Shown piece by piece: positions 59,459-64,000 of a DNA stretch of 64,000 bases. The DNA lies in the NCBI GenBank assembly GCA_028826165.1, contig JAPDFW010000080.1, positions 186,001 through 250,000 on the forward strand, given 5' to 3'. Under the pieces are notes generated by a model. It worked only from the letters and a program-made list of their open reading frames with translations, was not told where the DNA came from and did not search any database. Positions within the stretch are counted from its first letter, which is position 1. Each line of letters opens with the position of its first letter. The position numbers and the translations under genes are program-made. Origin of the DNA: Anaeramoeba ignava BMAN (lineage: Eukaryota; Protista; Anaeramoebae).

Positions 59459-62400
59459 TTAATAAAAATGTTTTTCTTCAAATTTAGATAAAAGTTTTGA
59501 AATTAAAATCAAAATTTCATCATCATTGAATTTGTTTTGCATCCAAGAAAATGCTTTTGGTTTTGGTAAATTTGAAATTAATTCTTGATTCCATTTTTGA
59601 TTTTCTGAATTTATCATTGAAATAATATTCAAAAAATTTAATGATTTCTTTAAATTTGGAATATTTATTTTATAGTTATAAAGATGTTCATTTTCAATCT
59701 TTTCATAAATTTTTCCAAATAATTCTTTTAATATCTTCATTGATTGTGATTTTTGTAATTTTTTTACTATTAAATTAATATAAGATTCAAAAAATTCTTG
59801 TAATTCATCTTTTAAAATAACAATTGATTTTTGATCAAAAATTCTTCCAAAAATTGTAATGAAATCTTTTTGAATATTTATCATAATTTCTTCATCAATA
59901 AAATTTTCAAACTCTTTTGTTTTCTTTAAAATAATTAGGATTAATTTTGTATGATAATCTGGAGAATTAACTGTTTCATTGAGGATAAGGAACATAAATT
60001 TAAAGAAATGTTGAATATTTTTTTTGTTAATTATAATTTTTTTCATTTCATTCTCAATTTCATTCTTAATTTCATTCTTAATTTCATCTTGTTTTTCATC
60101 TTGTTTTTCATTTTGTTTTTCATTTTGTTTTTCATTTTCATTTTGTTTTTCATTTTGTTTTTCATTTTCATTTTGTTTTTCATTTTCATTTTGTTTTTCA
60201 TTTTGTTTTTCATTTTGTTTTTCATTTTGTTTTTCATTTTGTTTTTCATTTTCATCTTGTTTTTCATTTTGTTTTTCATTTTGTTTTTCATTTTCATTTT
60301 GTTTTTCATCTTGTTTTTCATTTTGTTTTTCATTTTCATTTTGCTTTTCATTTTCATTTTGTTTTTCATTTTGTTTTTCATTTTGTTTTTCATTTTCATT
60401 TTGTTTTTCATTTTGTTTTTCATTTTGCTTTTCATTTTCATTTTGTTTTTCATTTTGTTTTTCATTTTCATTTTCATTTTCATTTTCATTTTCATTTTCA
60501 TTTTCATTTTCATTTTCATTTTTCATTTTGTTTTTTTTTTTTTTTTCATTTTGTTTTTCATTTTGTTTTTCATTTTGTTTTTCATTTTTGTTTTTATTTT
60601 GTTTTTCATTTTGTTTTTCATTTTCATTTTCATTTTCATTTTCATTTTCATTTTCATTTTCATTTTCATTTTCATTTTCATTTTGTTTTTCATCTTGTTT
60701 TTCATTTTGTTTTTCATTTTGTTTTTCATTTTCATTTTCATTTTGTTTTTCATTTTGTTTTTCATTTTGTTTTTCATTTTGTTTTTCATTTTGTTTTTCA
60801 TTTTCATTCTTAATTTCATTTTCATTCTTAATTTCACTTTCTTTCTTATTTTCATCTTGTTCCTTAATTAAAACTTCACCAATATAATCAATAAATTCAA
60901 TATATTCTTGTAATGAAAATATTTCTGTTGCTTTTAATCCTTCATTTCCTCTAAATGAAAATTTTTCAAATTCAAGATGAGAATCCAAATTCTTCTTATG
61001 AATTTTTGCTAAATTTACCAAAATCAAATTTGCCAATTTAGGATTTGTTTTGATTAATAATTTAGCAACTTCAATTATAATTTTAGCAAGATCTTCATTG
61101 TTCTTTCTTATTGTATTTAAAGCATTAAATAAAGAAGTAAATAGTTTATCATTTCCTTTTTCATCTCTATCAATTTTCAATTTTTGAATTAGAACTTCAG
61201 TAACTTTTTTGTAAATAATTAACGATTCCTTAATAACATCCACTAAATACTTTATATTATCAGTATCACGAGTTCCAACTCTCATAACACTATTGAAACT
61301 CGATTGTTTGTTTAAATCTTCAATTTTATCTGCTTCAATTACTGAAATATCTTGAAGTAATCGATAAGAAGAGTTTGATAAATAAAATGAAGAATAATCA
61401 TCTTCATCCCTTAATATTTCACCAACTAACTTCAATGCATTTAAAGGGGAATGTGATAAAAATAAATGGAAATTCCCATAAATCTTGTTTAACATTTGGG
61501 TTCGATATTTTTTTGAATTTGCTAGATATTTGTTAACTTTCAATACAATTAAATCAAGTCCTGGATAGTCTTTTGTATTTGCTAAAAGATTCTCTGTTGC
61601 CCAAGAAAATGTTGATTCTTTTTCCAAACTATTTCGATAAATCTCATATCTTTTCGCACATTTTTTTACTAATCCATAGTAATAAATCAAAGATGTTCGA
61701 TTGTAATAAATATAAGTATCAGTGTTGTTAGTCACAATATAATAAGAATTTAATTTTTTGATCCGTTCTTCATTTAAAACTAATAATTTGAGTTGGTCTT
61801 TTCTTTGACTCAGACATTTATCAAAAAGCATAAAAATATGTTTCTTATTAAGATCACAAGAAAATCGATACTTGTCGATTTTTAGGTATAAATCCCAAAA
61901 CTGTTCAAAATTATCAAAAAATATATCTAAAAGTAGATCATGTCTTGGCAAAATATCTTTAAGGAAATCGAAATAGGTTGTTAATTTAAAGAAATCAGAA
62001 CCAAAAGGATCATTTGAAAATACTGATGGTTTTTCTTCTATTTGTTTTCCTCTGTAAGTTTCTTCATTGATACGCGGCAATAAATTTATCATATCCTTTG
62101 CCATTTTTATCAATAAAGTTAATTTTGTATCATCAATTTCTTCTTTTTCTTTTGGGAGTGAATTCATTAAAAGATTTGATGCAAATTCACGAATGATTGT
62201 TGAACTCGAATTGATAAACCAATTATACACCCATTGTTCTGTGTTTGTATGAAACCATTCGTTAACTTTTGGATTGGATTCCATTAATTCTTTCAAATAT
62301 TGGAATGAAATTTTTGTTGCAGCATCGTATCGTGCATTTTTATCGAACACTTGAATCATCTTTCGGATTGTATAATCTATATGTTCTTTATTATTTTCAT

Positions 62401-64000
62401 CTTCAATGTTCATCATTTCCGTTAAAATGGGGAAATATTTCCCAAAATCTGTATAATTTCTTCGATCAATTTGTTCAAGTAAGAAGTCAACAATTTCTCG
62501 AGTAAATGCTGAATTTCCTGTGCAAATTTGTTTGAGGAGTTTTGCTGTAGCTTCAGAATCAACAGCATCTTCGATTAATTTTTTTATGAATTTTTGATTT
62601 AGTAGCAATTCTGAATCCAGTTGTGATAATTGCAAATCTTTTTCATTTTCATTTTCATTTTCTTTATTTTCTTTTGAAGAACTGCAAATATTTAGAAGTG
62701 TTTCAATAACAGTAAAAACTTTTGCATATTGTTGACGCATATACTCATCTTGATCTCCCATTCCGATATAATCATTTGACATATTAGATAATTTTTGACT
62801 TTTTCTTAATGGAGATTTATCGCCAAGAAATCCATCAATAAGTCTTGCTATCAAATTGTATTTAAGTAAAAATTTGCGAATAAGATGTCCTGTTGCAATA
62901 ATGTCTTTCAAAATATCAAAATATTCAGACAAGAAATTAAAATGAAATTGTGCCATTGGTAATAATCTTAGGATAACTTTCACAACTCTTAAGGAAAGTG
63001 ATTTTTCATTTTGCTTATCGGAAACAATTTTCTCTAGTTGTTCTTCCTCACTTTGACTTGATACCCAATAATCATATATTTCTTCCTTTTTCATTTTCTG
63101 CACAATATTCATTTTTTCCTCTTCGTTTATGATTTCTATTGCAATCAAATCTTTTTCTGGTTCAATTAGTAATTTACTTGCATAAATCATTAAAGAAATT
63201 ATCATATTTCTAAATTGTGGGATTGGTTGCATTTTAAGAACATGTCTTGAAAACAAATTACTTTTGGTTTCTTCATCGCTATCAATCATCTTCTTCAAAA
63301 AATTATGTGGTAATTCTAAATCCTTCTCAAAATTTGCTTTAATTAATTCAATCCATTTCTCAGCTTTATCTTTTGCCTTCATTCTAGCTAAAATATTAAT
63401 AACAAAATCAACCATAAAATTTGTCAATTCTATGAAGAAATCTTTTTGTGTTTTGTATGATATTGTTTCTGAACAAAGTTGGAAAAAATTGAACAAGAAA
63501 TCAAAATAGGAATTATCAAAGAAATACTTTTTTTGGAGAAGATTGATATTATTGTTGATGACTTGTGAGTAAATTCCAGAGGGAATAGACATTTTATCAT
63601 TGAATGTCAATTGAAATTGATTCCTTAAACTGTTCAATTTCTCATCATTTTCAGAAAGTATTTGATTAGTTTGTGAATCAACTGATGTTTGATTTAATAA
63701 CTTTTCTGTTTCCAAATAGGAAAGTTCTGTTTCATCTTCAATTCTTTGATAAAATAACATATAAGCAGAATATCTTTTTTCTGCAAGTTCTTCAGTTTGT
63801 CTTCCAAAATTATCTGTTGTAATCATTGGTGCTTTTCCTCCAAAAGAATCAAAAGGAATGTTATTTGGATTGAAATCTGTGATGATTTTATCTTCAAATC
63901 TAAGCCATCTATATCCCAAATTAGCTTCAAATGGTTCTCTTTCTTTAATAAATGAATAATAATGACCAGATTCTGTTGATCCATAATGAACAATTATTCC
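59459..64000 (-). CDS. Large ubiquitin-specific protease (USP9X/24/34-like), C-terminal part; 5' end is outside the window
   Basis: His box GIIVHYGSTESGHYYSFIK..W..FED..SAYMLFYQR, followed by a long helical C-terminal region. Confidence 0.8.
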   Translation of the reverse strand, partial: GIIVHYGSTESGHYYSFIKEREPFEANLGYRWLRFEDKIITDFNPNNIPFDSFGGKAPMITTDNFGRQTEELAEKRYSAYMLFYQRIEDETELSYLETEKLLNQTSVDSQTNQILSENDEKLNSLRNQFQLTFNDKMSIPSGIYSQVINNNINLLQKKYFFDNSYFDFLFNFFQLCSETISYKTQKDFFIELTNFMVDFVINILARMKAKDKAEKWIELIKANFEKDLELPHNFLKKMIDSDEETKSNLFSRHVLKMQPIPQFRNMIISLMIYASKLLIEPEKDLIAIEIINEEEKMNIVQKMKKEEIYDYWVSSQSEEEQLEKIVSDKQNEKSLSLRVVKVILRLLPMAQFHFNFLSEYFDILKDIIATGHLIRKFLLKYNLIARLIDGFLGDKSPLRKSQKLSNMSNDYIGMGDQDEYMRQQYAKVFTVIETLLNICSSSKENKENENENEKDLQLSQLDSELLLNQKFIKKLIEDAVDSEATAKLLKQICTGNSAFTREIVDFLLEQIDRRNYTDFGKYFPILTEMMNIEDENNKEHIDYTIRKMIQVFDKNARYDAATKISFQYLKELMESNPKVNEWFHTNTEQWVYNWFINSSSTIIREFASNLLMNSLPKEKEEIDDTKLTLLIKMAKDMINLLPRINEETYRGKQIEEKPSVFSNDPFGSDFFKLTTYFDFLKDILPRHDLLLDIFFDNFEQFWDLYLKIDKYRFSCDLNKKHIFMLFDKCLSQRKDQLKLLVLNEERIKKLNSYYIVTNNTDTYIYYNRTSLIYYYGLVKKCAKRYEIYRNSLEKESTFSWATENLLANTKDYPGLDLIVLKVNKYLANSKKYRTQMLNKIYGNFHLFLSHSPLNALKLVGEILRDEDDYSSFYLSNSSYRLLQDISVIEADKIEDLNKQSSFNSVMRVGTRDTDNIKYLVDVIKESLIIYKKVTEVLIQKLKIDRDEKGNDKLFTSLFNALNTIRKNNEDLAKIIIEVAKLLIKTNPKLANLILVNLAKIHKKNLDSHLEFEKFSFRGNEGLKATEIFSLQEYIEFIDYIGEVLIKEQDENKKESEIKNENEIKNENEKQNEKQNEKQNEKQNEKQNENENEKQNEKQNEKQDEKQNENENENENENENENENENENEKQNEKQNKNKNEKQNEKQNEKQNEKKKKNKMKNENENENENENENENENENEKQNEKQNENEKQNEKQNEKQNENEKQNEKQNEKQNENEKQNENEKQNEKQDEKQNENEKQNEKQNEKQDENEKQNEKQNEKQNEKQNEKQNENEKQNENEKQNEKQNENEKQNEKQNEKQDEKQDEIKNEIKNEIENEMKKIIINKKNIQHFFKFMFLILNETVNSPDYHTKLILIILKKTKEFENFIDEEIMINIQKDFITIFGRIFDQKSIVILKDELQEFFESYINLIVKKLQKSQSMKILKELFGKIYEKIENEHLYNYKINIPNLKKSLNFLNIISMINSENQKWNQELISNLPKPKAFSWMQNKFNDDEILILISKLLSKFEEKHFY
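60045..60835 (-). repeat. Coding (NEKQ)n/(NE)n repeat, ~260 aa, within the USP
   Basis: 12-bp and 6-bp tandem units in frame. Confidence 0.9.

Noticed and set aside
59951-60887. Antisense FI/FS/FC and alternate-frame MK ORFs
   Set aside because: They are shadows of the NEKQ repeat in the USP gene.
1-64000. Alternative genetic code, tRNA or rRNA genes
   Set aside because: All gene models close with standard stops once introns are removed, and no structured RNA gene was recognisable by eye.

Overview
Extremely AT-rich, gene-dense eukaryotic nuclear DNA with spliceosomal introns. It is inferred, not proven, to come from an Anaeramoeba-like metamonad protist, based on BTB-TLDc and RCC1-BTB genes, NQ/NE low-complexity tracts and a nuclear intein. 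About 19 protein-coding genes could be reconstructed by hand: NBR1-like, SAC3-like, two BTB-BACK-TLDc, CK2 alpha, NEK kinase, a small coiled-coil protein, RCC1-BTB, ABCG, a large single-pass receptor with a RasGAP tail, TFIIF beta, Rab8, C2-EML, EPG5-like, Akr1-type DHHC, MSH5, PHAF1/UPF0183, a tandem-CH coiled-coil protein and a partial large USP. Most ORF-track entries made of IL/FD/NF/LK repeats are artefacts of microsatellite-filled introns or antisense frames. Highlights: (1) a 370-aa intein with a degenerate LAGLIDADG domain in the Walker A motif of the meiotic MutS homologue MSH5; (2) an AT-AC intron with a perfect U12-type donor (ATATCCTTT) in the DHHC gene, implying a minor spliceosome; (3) a receptor-type RasGAP (signal peptide, beta-helix, EGF/Cys-rich, 12 FN3, TM, contiguous RasGAP); (4) a sharp ~51% GC patch in the CK2 catalytic core; (5) a strand-specific TCATTTT Inr-like motif upstream of most genes; (6) a ~145-bp-unit AT satellite.
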